A stretch of DNA of 64,000 bases from Candidatus Falkowbacteria bacterium (GCA_963774955.1 CAVZGV010000003.1:771-64770); one strand, 5' to 3'. Positions 27,401 to 36,573 are shown, counted from the first letter of the stretch. Notes: a model not told the origin generated them from the sequence alone. A program made the numbers and translations.

Positions 27401-29891
27401 AAGTTTAATCTTTAGTGTGTATCTTGATATTGATAGCGACTCCGAGTTAAGTATACCAGGTAATTTGGTTGGCTTTATAATTATGCCCGCCAGCAATGTT
27501 GAACAACCAGGAAGTTTATTTATCAGCGGATTAGCAGCCGGGCCTCATACTGTATATTTACATTTTGTCGGTGATCATTTTTATTATCAGTTACCTAATG
27601 ATCCTCCGGGTAGCGCAGTCGATAACCCCTTGGCAGAAGTAGCTGCCGGTTTACCTGATCCGTTGGCTCTGGATATAAATCCCATAATTTATTCAATTTC
27701 CATGTATTCGCCGCAGGCAGCAGTCGGTGACTGTATGACTTATGGCGGCTGGTGCGGTGATGGCCAGGTGGAGCTACAGTTTGGGGAACAATGTGATGTT
27801 AAAAATTATTTGCCGCCGAGTGCTGAACAAACAGTAAATATTGCCTATAATCCGGGATTTGAAGGCTATTTTACACCTTGGCAAAAATCCGGCGGAACAG
27901 TAAGTCTGAATACTGATCAGTATTTCGAAGGCAGATCCGGCCTGAAAATGGTGGCTGATTCGGCTGATATAGCCATGAATTTGCAACAATTAATTAATTT
28001 TTCTCCGAATAAAAATTATACCATTTCTGTGCGGGTCAAAGGTGCTGTTGATTCAATCAAATTTCAAGTCGGTAATTTGTCCCAACTTGTGGGTTGGCTG
28101 GGCAGCCCGATTGATTTGCCGGAAAAAACCGCAGAGGAAAAAGCTGGTTGGAAGCTTTATCAGCTTGATGAATTTTTGACTCCGGCTCTGAGTACCGGTT
28201 TGAGTGATGAATTTAGATTAATTTTTACGCCGAATTCAGGAGCTACATTAAATATAAACGTTGATGATATAAAAATAGTTGCCGAAGCCAGTGCCAGACC
28301 GCAGTATCAGTGTGGTACGGTTAGCGGGTCATTGTGTCAGTATCGCGGGGGCTATTGCGGTGACGGGCAAATTCAGACTACTTATGGAGAAAATTGCGAT
28401 GATCGAGTAGGTTTGAGTTGTGCTAATGGTGAAGGTTGTGGTAAAAATGGAAACTGCAATTCTACTACTAATATTTGTGAAAGTATTGCCTGCAATAATA
28501 TATGTAAAAGCACTTATTGCGGGGACGGTACTGTTCAGCGGCCAAATTCTGTGAGCACCTATGAAACTTGCGATTATAAATCCGATCCTATGTGCTCATC
28601 AGACTGTACTCATATTAAAATGGGAGGTGTTTGTACGACTGATACTTATGGGCAGACCTGTCAAACTAAAGACAGCGCTGATTGCCGGGTTTGCGCCAAC
28701 AGTTTATCTTGTTCCATCAGGAATTTCGGCGATACTGATAAAAAATGTTTGGGCGCCAGAAACAGTTATGGCTGTAAAAGCGATAGTGATTGCATTTTAG
28801 GCTATTATTGCGATACGGCGCAAAATAAGTGTAAAGAAGAAGTTTCTACTTATTTAAGATATCATCCGGAAGCAGAAACCAGTCTGACTTTACCTGTTCC
28901 TCCGGCGCCGACTGGTATTTCTTATGACATTAATATCAGCAAATGCCCGGATTTGAAGACGGTTACTTTGGGGAATGAAACCTATGTTGTTGATCGTTGC
29001 AGCAATATAAGCTGGCTGTCAGCTGATAATATTACGAGAATTGACGTTAATTGGAACAATAATGATGCCGTGACTATCGGCTGTCCAGCGCCAACGCGCT
29101 TGCCGACCGTGGCTGAACTATACAGCCTGGTCAGGCAGACAAATTCCGGATTACTATATGCGGACAAGAATTTATTGAAATTATGTCCGGCCAGTTGCAG
29201 TTATTCCGAAAATGCGGATAATCTCTGTTCCACCGACTGCCGTATTCCCAATGATGACAATTATATTTATTGGACCAGTACTTGCGTGGACAAAGACGGT
29301 ACCGGGTGTAAAAAGGCCTTGGCTGTAAATTTTAAATACGGCAGTATTGAAAGTTATCCGGCAGCTTCGGCTTTAAAGGTCCATTGCTTAAAAGAAACAA
29401 ACTGCGGTGATGGTCTGCTTGATCCCGGTGAATCATGTGAATTTTTTACCTCAGCATCCGACAGTAATATTAAAATTGAAAAGAATATTGAGCGGGAATA
29501 TAGTAAGAGCTGTAAAAATTTCGGTTATGACGGCGGTTTTTTGCATTGCGATCGGGAAACTTGCGGTATCAGAGTAGATAATTGTTATTTGAATAGCCGG
29601 CCGGCTCAATCCTGCGAACAAGTCTGTCAGGATAAAAAAACCTTAGCCTGTCAGTCAGTTGGCCTGGATATCAGTACGGATGCTTTTGATCAGGCGGGCC
29701 TGGCTTCATGGATTGCCTCGAATAATAGAATGGTTGATGTTGATGCGAATGGCAATTGTTTGCCGAATCAGTCTATTGCTAGCGGTTGTAATTATACCTT
29801 TAATAATAGGGAAAAAAGCTGTATTGATACTTATACCAATAAGCCCGCGCCGTTTAATTCCGAATATTCTTATTGCAATTGTCAGGAGTAA
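24498..29891 (+). CDS. Giant secreted Cys-rich protein D (1797 aa). It has a signal peptide, two copies of a ~200-aa beta domain, a CBM4/9-like domain, CGDG...CD Cys repeats and a C-terminal DUF1566 (Lcl-like) domain.
   Basis: Signal peptide MKKLKIKFLLAALALLLLPVAGIAQDA. Internal duplicate modules near 24800-25300 and 27090-27640 (LDYIFQNSD.../LDYLISQKQ..., SIIFSVYLDM.../SLIFSVYLDI...). CBM-like NPGFEGYFTPWQKSGG...NYTISVRVKG at ~27840-28310. DUF1566-like RLPTVAELYSLV...YWTST at ~28990-29410. Confidence 0.75.
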   Translation: MKKLKIKFLLAALALLLLPVAGIAQDANLAPSSQDTLLEQYLFPVSSYLESGTSIGKAASECDSYATYDETNNVWAASTACSALTSDSGIVQKTGDGKGIYGSSLMALTYKFSVPLEGNYDFKIKAANSFDNFANLNSQQLDYIFQNSDTTNYDSYQIDPATKSLTVLEYSDDNVITDNVKYEMFKSIIFSVYLDMPAVFSGEDKEENYRQGYIIISATDFSQLQDGSVLLGNLKPGEHTVNLRFLSDYYFNPSANPLSGNLNTFDEVNIEAGQCAVGPNEAAKNCTSNKDCPSKVCNKINNVLDINPVIAGVSINQTQPTTDVIGVRIYTNKDHKDPETWYRENVIQPMASVKPIKVDGYLGVQDERTTYVSAANIDRNNFFTNIYVMAYNQDAAPPSINIFKQLIANWVFNKNIYTTYTLKTEAEKQKDKLRRDTIRLADMFKLGRLLGNYKSNNGGKCPVLDAGTYIKNHSISTWPSWQATLGNELGTVLPIDPLNIMSATKESQYDCTNAIDKENCQNICTRDAANNPLTGCPLTQQCMSDYCSSCSASYDPLTCWDKANLKFYDETFFSGCKMPNSEAYSVFDGALRVGASDCKEGLFAETGQAYVLDGDFVYQYVSRDNGQSCSFINRFEYTEPDLCQPGFCYYDNNDTNPTNDCYQPGACLAGCDSQAANCLNTQYKNLYCYSGSWRQSCGDGFWQTQCGESCDPNSPLTPGDSWCDRLFGPQDWYNESSIKASCTSACTISEGNNLTIADCGGFCGDKVVEAKGGEQCDEGLVPTEMKKGSAGFDQNSQYMCSGKGGSSVPVLNGADCLNYSNDWDLPTTREADPYFDLLFCSSLSTRSYWINKLADNSIKSNGGFRVSYNFSLPQYGGYNLTIKAANYQDDLTKLTTTQLDYLISQKQPVDDLYNITGVCRNSDVITCASDVDCQINNQPTGYCQQGAVNIPEYGLIEPTDNRKYDLLRSLIFSVYLDIDSDSELSIPGNLVGFIIMPASNVEQPGSLFISGLAAGPHTVYLHFVGDHFYYQLPNDPPGSAVDNPLAEVAAGLPDPLALDINPIIYSISMYSPQAAVGDCMTYGGWCGDGQVELQFGEQCDVKNYLPPSAEQTVNIAYNPGFEGYFTPWQKSGGTVSLNTDQYFEGRSGLKMVADSADIAMNLQQLINFSPNKNYTISVRVKGAVDSIKFQVGNLSQLVGWLGSPIDLPEKTAEEKAGWKLYQLDEFLTPALSTGLSDEFRLIFTPNSGATLNINVDDIKIVAEASARPQYQCGTVSGSLCQYRGGYCGDGQIQTTYGENCDDRVGLSCANGEGCGKNGNCNSTTNICESIACNNICKSTYCGDGTVQRPNSVSTYETCDYKSDPMCSSDCTHIKMGGVCTTDTYGQTCQTKDSADCRVCANSLSCSIRNFGDTDKKCLGARNSYGCKSDSDCILGYYCDTAQNKCKEEVSTYLRYHPEAETSLTLPVPPAPTGISYDINISKCPDLKTVTLGNETYVVDRCSNISWLSADNITRIDVNWNNNDAVTIGCPAPTRLPTVAELYSLVRQTNSGLLYADKNLLKLCPASCSYSENADNLCSTDCRIPNDDNYIYWTSTCVDKDGTGCKKALAVNFKYGSIESYPAASALKVHCLKETNCGDGLLDPGESCEFFTSASDSNIKIEKNIEREYSKSCKNFGYDGGFLHCDRETCGIRVDNCYLNSRPAQSCEQVCQDKKTLACQSVGLDISTDAFDQAGLASWIASNNRMVDVDANGNCLPNQSIASGCNYTFNNREKSCIDTYTNKPAPFNSEYSYCNCQE

Positions 29892-29929
29892 CTTCAAACT
29901 TAAGTTTATTATGTTTATAATAACAAAAT

Positions 29930-32407
29930 ATGGTTAATGCGAATTGGTTTAAAATTTTTATAATTTGCCTGGTTATAATTTGCCTGGGTTTTTTGAGCTG
30001 GCAGATCGTTGCCATGGTGGAAACAGCAAATTCAGTCAAGGATTATCTGAAAGTTGCGGCGACCTGCCCTAATTTTTCAGCTTTTGCTTCTGATAATGTT
30101 GATCACAATTATCTAACTATGAAAGACAGTTGTACCGGTTTGGTCTGGATGAGCCGTCCTTTGCCGATTTATAAGACAGCTGGAATTGAGGTTCAGCCAG
30201 GGTATGTTTGGCAAAATGCGAAAAATACCTGCGCGGGAATAGCCCAGGTTGATGGTACTTCTTTATTTCGTTTGCCGACAGTTGAGGAATTACTCAGTTT
30301 GGTTAAAGTTAGCTGTGATAATGCCAGTTGTACGGTTAATTCTGATTTTTTTCCAGCGGATATTGATAAGACATTTGCTAACGGCTATTATTGGTCTGCC
30401 AATGATTTCAATGAAGATGCCAGCTGGGCAACAGATAATGCCGGACGTGATTATAAACGTTCAGTTAATTTGCTGACCGGCCAGGTTGATTCCCCGGTTT
30501 TTGGTAAAGATGTCCAGTTGAATGCCTGGTGCGTGGTAGCACGCCAGCCGGAAATTATTGAACGTAAATTTACCAGCGTTACCAATCAAGTTATAAGTAA
30601 CGGCAGTCAGGCTCTTGGTGGCAGTTTGCGCACTGTATATAACAGAAAATGCGCCGTAGCTACTGTAGATGATGATTGCAGTGCTTTGAGTGCCTTAGCA
30701 GGCACAGTTGCGTGTGAGAACAATGTTGCTGGTGACGGGAATTTTTATTGTGTTAAAACAGCAAATATAAATCTTACAGACATAATAGTCGCAAGTTGCG
30801 ACCCAAATTACCATGTAGCAGCTGATGTATGTCAGCTAAATCCGCCATCTGATAATTGCGGAAATAGTTATATAGATCTTACGCCCTTACCGGCAGAGCT
30901 TTGCGATGACGGTGCTACTTTAAATGGTAAACCCGGACAATGCAATGGTACCTGTAGTGGCTGCGGATTGGGTTATCGGATTGATTCGGCCAAATGCGTA
31001 TCTAATTGTGGTAATGGGACTGTTGATCTTAAACCGGATAATTCCTTAGAAATCTGTGATAATGGTGCTTTAAATGGACAAACAGGTAAATGTAATTCTA
31101 CCTGTACTGGTTGCGATGCTGGTTATTATAATGTTAATAATGTGTGTACACCAAATTGCGGTAATGGCGATATCGATCTTACGCCCTTACCGGCAGAGCT
31201 TTGTGATGACGGCCCTGATAATGGTCAGCCTGATAAATGCAATAGTACTTGTAATGGTTGTGGAACAGGTTTTTATTTAAATTCTACAACTAATGAATGT
31301 AATTATAATTGTGGTAATGGTACATTTGAAGACCCAGAACTTTGTGATGACGGCGTTGATAACGGTCAACCCGGTAAATGTAATACAGCCTGTACCGGCT
31401 GCGCAACAGGTTATCACCTGGAAGGTAAGTATTGTATCGCTGATGTCATTGTTTATCAGTGTGTTGGCACTTTAGCCAATGCCACAATTTGTCCGGAGCC
31501 AAATGCTACAGGGTTGATAGCAGATACAAACATTGAGTTAGTAACTGCTTGCGCTGACGCTGTTGAAAAATGTGAATATACCTGTAATCCCGACTATATT
31601 GCGTTTAATAATACTTGTATTGAGCTTAAGTGCGGTGATGGCGTGGTTACACCAGGATCACCGGAAATTTGTGATGACGGTGATCCATTAACCGGTGGTA
31701 AAAACGGAGTTTTTGGTTATTGTAATAGCACTTGTACTGGTATTCAGGGCTTTGGTAGCCCATTCTTTTATGATAATTTTGAACTGCCTTTAACTGGTTG
31801 GATGCAAGGTTATTGTCCAACCGGTAGTGTTAATTGTTCCTGGTCCAGAGTAATTCATCCTCTTGGTTCCACAAATTATTCATTAGAGTCAATTGGAGGT
31901 AGTGATAGCTCTCTTTATCCTAGAGATTATTGGGTTGATCGGGCAGGTTTAAATGAAAAAGTTGATGTTGATGTATTAGTTATGATTGATTTTCCGCCAG
32001 CAGTTGGCTTAAAGGATGCAATGTTAATTGCACGACGATCAGGGTCCGGTACAACTGAAAATTATTATGGTTTATTGACTAATAATGGTTCTGCATCAGA
32101 CGATCCCAATATTCTGGTACGTTATAAAAATGGGAGTCAATCAATTTTGGTAACAGGACCAGATGTAAATATTACCGGCAGAAATTGGCTGCGTTTACAG
32201 GTATATAATGATTCTGCAACAGGCAATGTTGTCATCAGATCAAAATGGTGGCCAGAAGGGCAGTTAATGCCTACTGCTTGGGAAATGACATACACAGATA
32301 CTGATACTACTAATAATATTACTACTGGTGGCAATGTTGGTTTGGCCGGCTGGAAAACAAATACCCTTTACTTCGACAATTTTCAGGCTTATGATTATGT
32401 GCCTTAA
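29930..32407 (+). CDS. Membrane-anchored Cys-rich protein E (825 aa). It has an N-terminal TM anchor, a DUF1566 (Lcl-like) domain, four tandem Myxococcus-type cysteine-rich repeats and a C-terminal ConA-like jelly-roll domain.
   Basis: TM at WFKIFIICLVIICLGFLSWQIVAMV. DUF1566 pattern TGLVWMSRP...WQNAKNTCAGIAQVDGTSLFRLPTVEELLSLV (~30100-30545). Four ~47-aa repeats NCGNG..D....E.CDDG..NGQPGKCN.TC.GC..GY at 30840-31440. C-terminus FYDNFE...FDNFQAYDY. Confidence 0.7.
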   Translation: MVNANWFKIFIICLVIICLGFLSWQIVAMVETANSVKDYLKVAATCPNFSAFASDNVDHNYLTMKDSCTGLVWMSRPLPIYKTAGIEVQPGYVWQNAKNTCAGIAQVDGTSLFRLPTVEELLSLVKVSCDNASCTVNSDFFPADIDKTFANGYYWSANDFNEDASWATDNAGRDYKRSVNLLTGQVDSPVFGKDVQLNAWCVVARQPEIIERKFTSVTNQVISNGSQALGGSLRTVYNRKCAVATVDDDCSALSALAGTVACENNVAGDGNFYCVKTANINLTDIIVASCDPNYHVAADVCQLNPPSDNCGNSYIDLTPLPAELCDDGATLNGKPGQCNGTCSGCGLGYRIDSAKCVSNCGNGTVDLKPDNSLEICDNGALNGQTGKCNSTCTGCDAGYYNVNNVCTPNCGNGDIDLTPLPAELCDDGPDNGQPDKCNSTCNGCGTGFYLNSTTNECNYNCGNGTFEDPELCDDGVDNGQPGKCNTACTGCATGYHLEGKYCIADVIVYQCVGTLANATICPEPNATGLIADTNIELVTACADAVEKCEYTCNPDYIAFNNTCIELKCGDGVVTPGSPEICDDGDPLTGGKNGVFGYCNSTCTGIQGFGSPFFYDNFELPLTGWMQGYCPTGSVNCSWSRVIHPLGSTNYSLESIGGSDSSLYPRDYWVDRAGLNEKVDVDVLVMIDFPPAVGLKDAMLIARRSGSGTTENYYGLLTNNGSASDDPNILVRYKNGSQSILVTGPDVNITGRNWLRLQVYNDSATGNVVIRSKWWPEGQLMPTAWEMTYTDTDTTNNITTGGNVGLAGWKTNTLYFDNFQAYDYVP
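30840..31440 (+). repeat. Four tandem ~141-nt coding repeats (Myxococcus-type cysteine-rich repeat units) inside E, with near-identical 38-mers.
   Basis: gatcttacgcccttaccggcagagctttgcgatgacgg (30881) against gatcttacgcccttaccggcagagctttgtgatgacgg (31176); the protein repeat is CGNG..DLTPLPAELCDDG. Confidence 0.75.
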
Positions 32408-32447
32408 AAAATATTAATATTTAAATTTAACCATTAATTACAAACTT

Positions 32448-33248
32448 ATGTTTGATACACCAAACCCACAATCAGGCGGTATGCCGCCACGGCAAGCTAT
32501 GCCGCAACCAGGCGCTCCTAGGCCGGCTCAGCCAGGGCAGCCGGCACCACGACCAATGCAGGCTGGTCCGGCTCCCAGACCAATGAAAGAGCCAGAAGAC
32601 ATTTTTGCCGGCATCGGCGGAGGTTCGAGAACACCACAACCGCCATTAACGCCTGAAGTCAGGCCAGGGAAGGGCAAGAAAGTGTTATTAATTATTTTAC
32701 TTGCGGTTATCATTATATTGCTTGGAGTTGGCGGTGTTTTGGCTTACCTTAGTTTTGTGGCTCAGCCGACACAGCCAGTCGATAACGATAATATGAATCT
32801 GCCCCCAGTTGATATTACTTTGCCCAATATCAATGATAATGAAAATATGAACTTTAATTTCAATGATAATTTGAACGCAGGTTTGAATCTAAATGACAAT
32901 CTCAATATTAATGATAATTTGAATGCTAATTTAAATGACAATCTTAATATCAATGATAATTTGAATGTCAATTTAAACACTAATTTAAATGACAATCTTA
33001 ATATCAATGCTGCTCTTGATTCTGATAATGATGGACTGACTGATGAACAGGAAATAAACCTTGGCACTAATCCGCAAAGCCCGGATACAGATAATGACGG
33101 TTTATTTGATAAGGAAGAGATTGAAAATTATATGACAGATCCTTTGAACTCAGATACTGACGGTGATGGCTACTTAGATGGCGATGAGATAAAAAACGGC
33201 TATAATCCCAATGGCCCCGGCAAATTACCGGAGCCTCTGGTGCCTTAA
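32448..33248 (+). CDS. Small bitopic membrane protein F. It has a Pro-rich cytoplasmic N-terminus, one TM, extracellular Asn/Leu-rich hexapeptide repeats and three bacterial TSP3-type Ca-binding repeats.
   Basis: TM VLLIILLAVIIILLGVGGVLAYL. Repeats NDNLNINDNLNANLNDNLNINDNLNVNLNTNLNDNLNI. Ca-binding repeats DSDNDGLTDEQE..GTNP, DTDNDGLFDKEE, DTDGDGYLDGDE..GYNP. Confidence 0.65.
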   Translation: MFDTPNPQSGGMPPRQAMPQPGAPRPAQPGQPAPRPMQAGPAPRPMKEPEDIFAGIGGGSRTPQPPLTPEVRPGKGKKVLLIILLAVIIILLGVGGVLAYLSFVAQPTQPVDNDNMNLPPVDITLPNINDNENMNFNFNDNLNAGLNLNDNLNINDNLNANLNDNLNINDNLNVNLNTNLNDNLNINAALDSDNDGLTDEQEINLGTNPQSPDTDNDGLFDKEEIENYMTDPLNSDTDGDGYLDGDEIKNGYNPNGPGKLPEPLVP

Positions 33249-33353
33249 TCCCAGGTTTAAATTTATTTTAGGCCTTGATTATTGCCAGTTAATAATTTTT
33301 TCACCTAAAAACAGACTCCAATTTATTGAATTTGTTTATTTAGTTTTTTATTT

Positions 33354-34445
33354 ATGTTTAATCAACCAAAAAAAGGCGTAGCAACTCAACCTCAAGAAAA
33401 AGCAAAAACAGATCCTTATGAAATGCATGTTATGCCGGCAAAATTTCATCAGTATTTATCTCCCAGGAAAAAAAGCAAATTCGGGAAATTTCTGCTTGTT
33501 TTCGTGGTAATTTTTCTGGTTTTAGCCGGGATGGCTTTTGGCGCTTATTATTTATACACGTCCTTACAACAAGCTGCGCCGTCGGTCATTAATCAAAACA
33601 GCCAGCCAGCGATTCCGAATATTAATCTTAATCAAAATCAGCCTGAAGAAAACCTGAATCAGGTCAATGAAAATTTAAACACTGATATTAATCCCGACAT
33701 CAATGATGATAATGTTAATGAAAATCTCAATAGTAATGAGAATTTGAACATTAATATTAATCTTAATGAAAATTTAAACATTAATGAAAATCAAAATACT
33801 AATGAGGCTTTAAATCTCAATATTGATGTGCCTATTCTTATAAATTATAGTAGCAGTGCTGATGCTGATTTGGATAGGCTGACAGATATGGAGGAAGACC
33901 TTTACACTACGGAAAAACGAAAGCCTGATACTGACGGAGACGGTTATTTGGACGGCGATGAAATAATCGGTGGCTATAACCCCAAAGAAGGCGGCGGTGC
34001 GTTATTGGCTAATTCCGGCCTGGTCAACAAATATTCCAATCCGCTTTTTAGCTATGAAGTTTTATACCTTAAGGATTTTCTGGCCAAGCCCACCGATTCC
34101 AGTCTGAGTGAAGTAATTTTTCAGTCCAGTACCGAAGAATATTTTATTCTTAGCGTTGAGAGTAATCCAGAGGCAGTAGATTTGGTCAATTGGTATCTGA
34201 CCCAATCGCCCGGAGTCAACTTGAATGATTTAGAAAAAATTACCACTAAAAAGGGATATACTGCGTTAATAAGTCCGGATAGGCTGACGTATTATCTTCA
34301 GGTTGCCGATAAGCCCGATCAGGTTTTTATGATTAGCTATAATATTGGGACGCTCAAAGCGGTAAATTTTTTGACTACTTTAGAGATGATGGTGAATAGC
34401 TTTAGTTTCGTTGTTAATTCAAATGCGGACGCCAACATGCAGTAA
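33354..34445 (+). CDS. Paralog G of F. Same layout, plus a ~180-aa C-terminal domain of unknown function.
   Basis: TM FLLVFVVIFLVLAGMAFGAYYLY. Repeats NLNQVNENLN...NENLNININLNENLNINENQN. Ca-binding repeats DTDGDGYLDGDEIIGGYNP. Confidence 0.65.
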   Translation: MFNQPKKGVATQPQEKAKTDPYEMHVMPAKFHQYLSPRKKSKFGKFLLVFVVIFLVLAGMAFGAYYLYTSLQQAAPSVINQNSQPAIPNINLNQNQPEENLNQVNENLNTDINPDINDDNVNENLNSNENLNININLNENLNINENQNTNEALNLNIDVPILINYSSSADADLDRLTDMEEDLYTTEKRKPDTDGDGYLDGDEIIGGYNPKEGGGALLANSGLVNKYSNPLFSYEVLYLKDFLAKPTDSSLSEVIFQSSTEEYFILSVESNPEAVDLVNWYLTQSPGVNLNDLEKITTKKGYTALISPDRLTYYLQVADKPDQVFMISYNIGTLKAVNFLTTLEMMVNSFSFVVNSNADANMQ

Positions 34446-34454
34446 ACGCAAAAT

Positions 34455-34901
34455 ATGAAGCATAATATTTATTGGGAGATCAAGAGTAAACCGCCGAAAG
34501 ATTTTAAGCTTTTGGGGAAAATACTGGACCAGGCGGCCAAGGTTTTAAAAATTGGGGCTAAAACGGAAATTAGTCTTATTATAGTTGATACAGCCAAAAT
34601 ACGAAGTTTAAATAAGCAATATAGGCGTAAAGATAAAGTTACTGATGTTTTGTCATTTAGTCAGCAAGAAGGCTTAGCTTTAAATAATCCCAAAGGGCTA
34701 GTTTACTTGGGAGATATTGTTATTTGTTATACGCAAGTGAAAAAGCAGGCCAAAGTTTTCGGCTTGGCCCGGGAAAAAGAATTAGCTTTTTTGGCTATTC
34801 ACGGTTTATTGCATTTATTGGGTTATCAGGACAAAACTCAAAAACAATATTTAAAAATGGAAAAATTACAAAATAAAATTTTATCATACTTTTATGATTA
34901 A
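34455..34901 (+). CDS. ybeY: rRNA maturation endoribonuclease YbeY.
   Basis: HGLLHLLGYQD matches the Zn-binding H-x3-H-x5-H motif; size 148 aa. Confidence 0.75.
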   Translation: MKHNIYWEIKSKPPKDFKLLGKILDQAAKVLKIGAKTEISLIIVDTAKIRSLNKQYRRKDKVTDVLSFSQQEGLALNNPKGLVYLGDIVICYTQVKKQAKVFGLAREKELAFLAIHGLLHLLGYQDKTQKQYLKMEKLQNKILSYFYD

Positions 34902-35262
34902 TTTTCGACGTTTGGCTAAAAGTTTTAAATACGCATTTGCTGGCTGGCAGAAAGTTTTCTGGTCTGAACAGAATTTTCGGATTCATAATTTAGTGGCTTT
35001 GGTCATTCTGGTTTTAGCCCTTATTTTCCGGGTTAATATTTTCGAATTTATAATTATTATTTTTATTATCGGCTTTATTCTTATTTTGGAGATAGTAAAT
35101 ACTATTTTTGAAAGATTACTTGATCTGATTAAACCCAGACTTCACAGCTACGTCCAGGATATAAAAGATATGACCGCAGCGATCGTCCTTATTGGTTCGC
35201 TGGTGGCAGCGGTTATCGGTTTTTTGATTTTTTACCCTTATTTTTTAGCGTTAATAATTTAG
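34894..35262 (+). CDS. dgkA: Diacylglycerol / undecaprenol kinase (DgkA family).
   Basis: 122 aa, three TM helices, ...NFRIHNLVALVILVLALIF...LEIVNTIFERLLDLIKPRLHSYVQDIKDMTAAIVL.... Confidence 0.65.
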   Translation: MINFRRLAKSFKYAFAGWQKVFWSEQNFRIHNLVALVILVLALIFRVNIFEFIIIIFIIGFILILEIVNTIFERLLDLIKPRLHSYVQDIKDMTAAIVLIGSLVAAVIGFLIFYPYFLALII

Positions 35263-35308
35263 TAGTTTATTTTCTGGAATCAAGGAATTTAATTATCCAA
35301 TCAAATTT

Positions 35309-36573
35309 ATGTCTCAAGAAGAAATTATTGTCGGCTTAGATGTGGGTTCTACTTCGATTAAGGTCGTGGTGGCAACGCGAATGTCCAAAGAAGCCAATCA
35401 AAAAATACATATTATTGGAGCGGTTGCTCAGGAGTCAGAGGGTATTAATCGCGGGGTTATTACCAGTATTGAAGACGCTGCTTCGAGTATTAGCAAGGCT
35501 TTGGATAAAGCTGAAAAATTAACGGGTATTGCCTATTGAACAAGCTTGGGTTAGTATTTCCGGCGGTACATATTATTTCGCAAATCAGCCAGGGTGTCGT
35601 GGCGGTTTCAAAAACGGACGGTGAAATCAGGGAAGAAGATTATGAAAGAGCTTTAGAAGCGGCTAAGGCAGTAACCACGCCGCCTAATTATGAGATTCTG
35701 CATGTAATACCTCGCAGTTTTACTGTTGACGGTCAAAGCAGTATTAAAGATCCGATTGGCATGACCGGAGTTCGTTTGGAAGTAGAAACCTATATTATTA
35801 GGGTTTAAGTTCGCAGATAAAAAATTTAACCAAATGCGTTTATCAGACAGGCTTGGATATTGAAGATTTGATTTTAGGGTATATTGGCGACTAGCGAAGC
35901 GGTTTTGACCAGTCGACAGAAAGAATTGGGTGTGGCCGTAGTTAATATTGGCGGTGCCACTACCAGTTTGGCTGTTTTTGAACAGGGTGATTTGCTGACA
36001 ACTGCGATTTTACCCATTGGGTTCAGAACATATTACTTCTGATATTGCCATTGGTTTAAGGACATCTATTGAAGCGGCTGAAGCGATTAAATTAAAATAT
36101 GGAGCGGCAACTTCCAAAGGAATTGATAAAAAAGAGCGAATTTGATTTGAGTGAATTTGATGAAAATGAAGAAGGTTTAATCAGCAGAAAATATTTGGCT
36201 GAAATTATTGAAGCCCGAGTTGAAGAAATTTTGGACAAAGTTGATATTGAACTGAAAAAAATTGACCGTAGCGGTTCTTTGCCCGCTGGTATTATTCTGA
36301 CCGGTGGAGGGGCCAAATTACCGAAAATTATTGAGGTTTGCAAAAGGAACCTTACGTTTACCGGCAGCCTTGGGTTATCCTTATGACATTATTAGTGTTA
36401 TTGATAAGGTTAATGATTTATCTTTTACCACTGCTGTCGGTTTAGTAAAATGGGCTGGCCATATGATGAAGCAGCGTAAAGGGATTTCACGTTTTAAAAG
36501 TGTGACCGGGGTAACCGATAAAATGAAAAAATGGTTTAAATCTTTGTGCCTTAAAATGGTGCTGAACAAATAA
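35309..36573 (+). pseudogene. ftsA: Cell-division protein FtsA, split into at least 5 frame segments.
   Basis: IIVGLDVGSTSIKVVVA...; ISGGTYYFANQPG / VVAVSKTDGEIREEDYERALEAAKAV...EILHVIPRSFTVDGQSSIKDPIGMTGVRLEVE; ILTGGGAKLPKIIEV...; LRLPAALGYPYDIISVIDKVNDLSFTTAVGLVKWAG. All FtsA-typical, but in different frames. Confidence 0.7.

Noticed and set aside
29930-30010. Direct 15-nt repeat ataatttgcctggtt / ataatttgcctgggtt at the start of E.
   Set aside because: It lies within the TM-helix coding region (IICLVIICLGF). It is probably codon-level coincidence and has no regulatory context.
32850-33010. 18-nt periodic repeat (gataatttgaatgctaat...), considered as a CRISPR or tandem-repeat locus.
   Set aside because: The period is codon-phased inside an intact ORF and encodes LN.NDN hexads. 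It has no CRISPR-like unique spacers.
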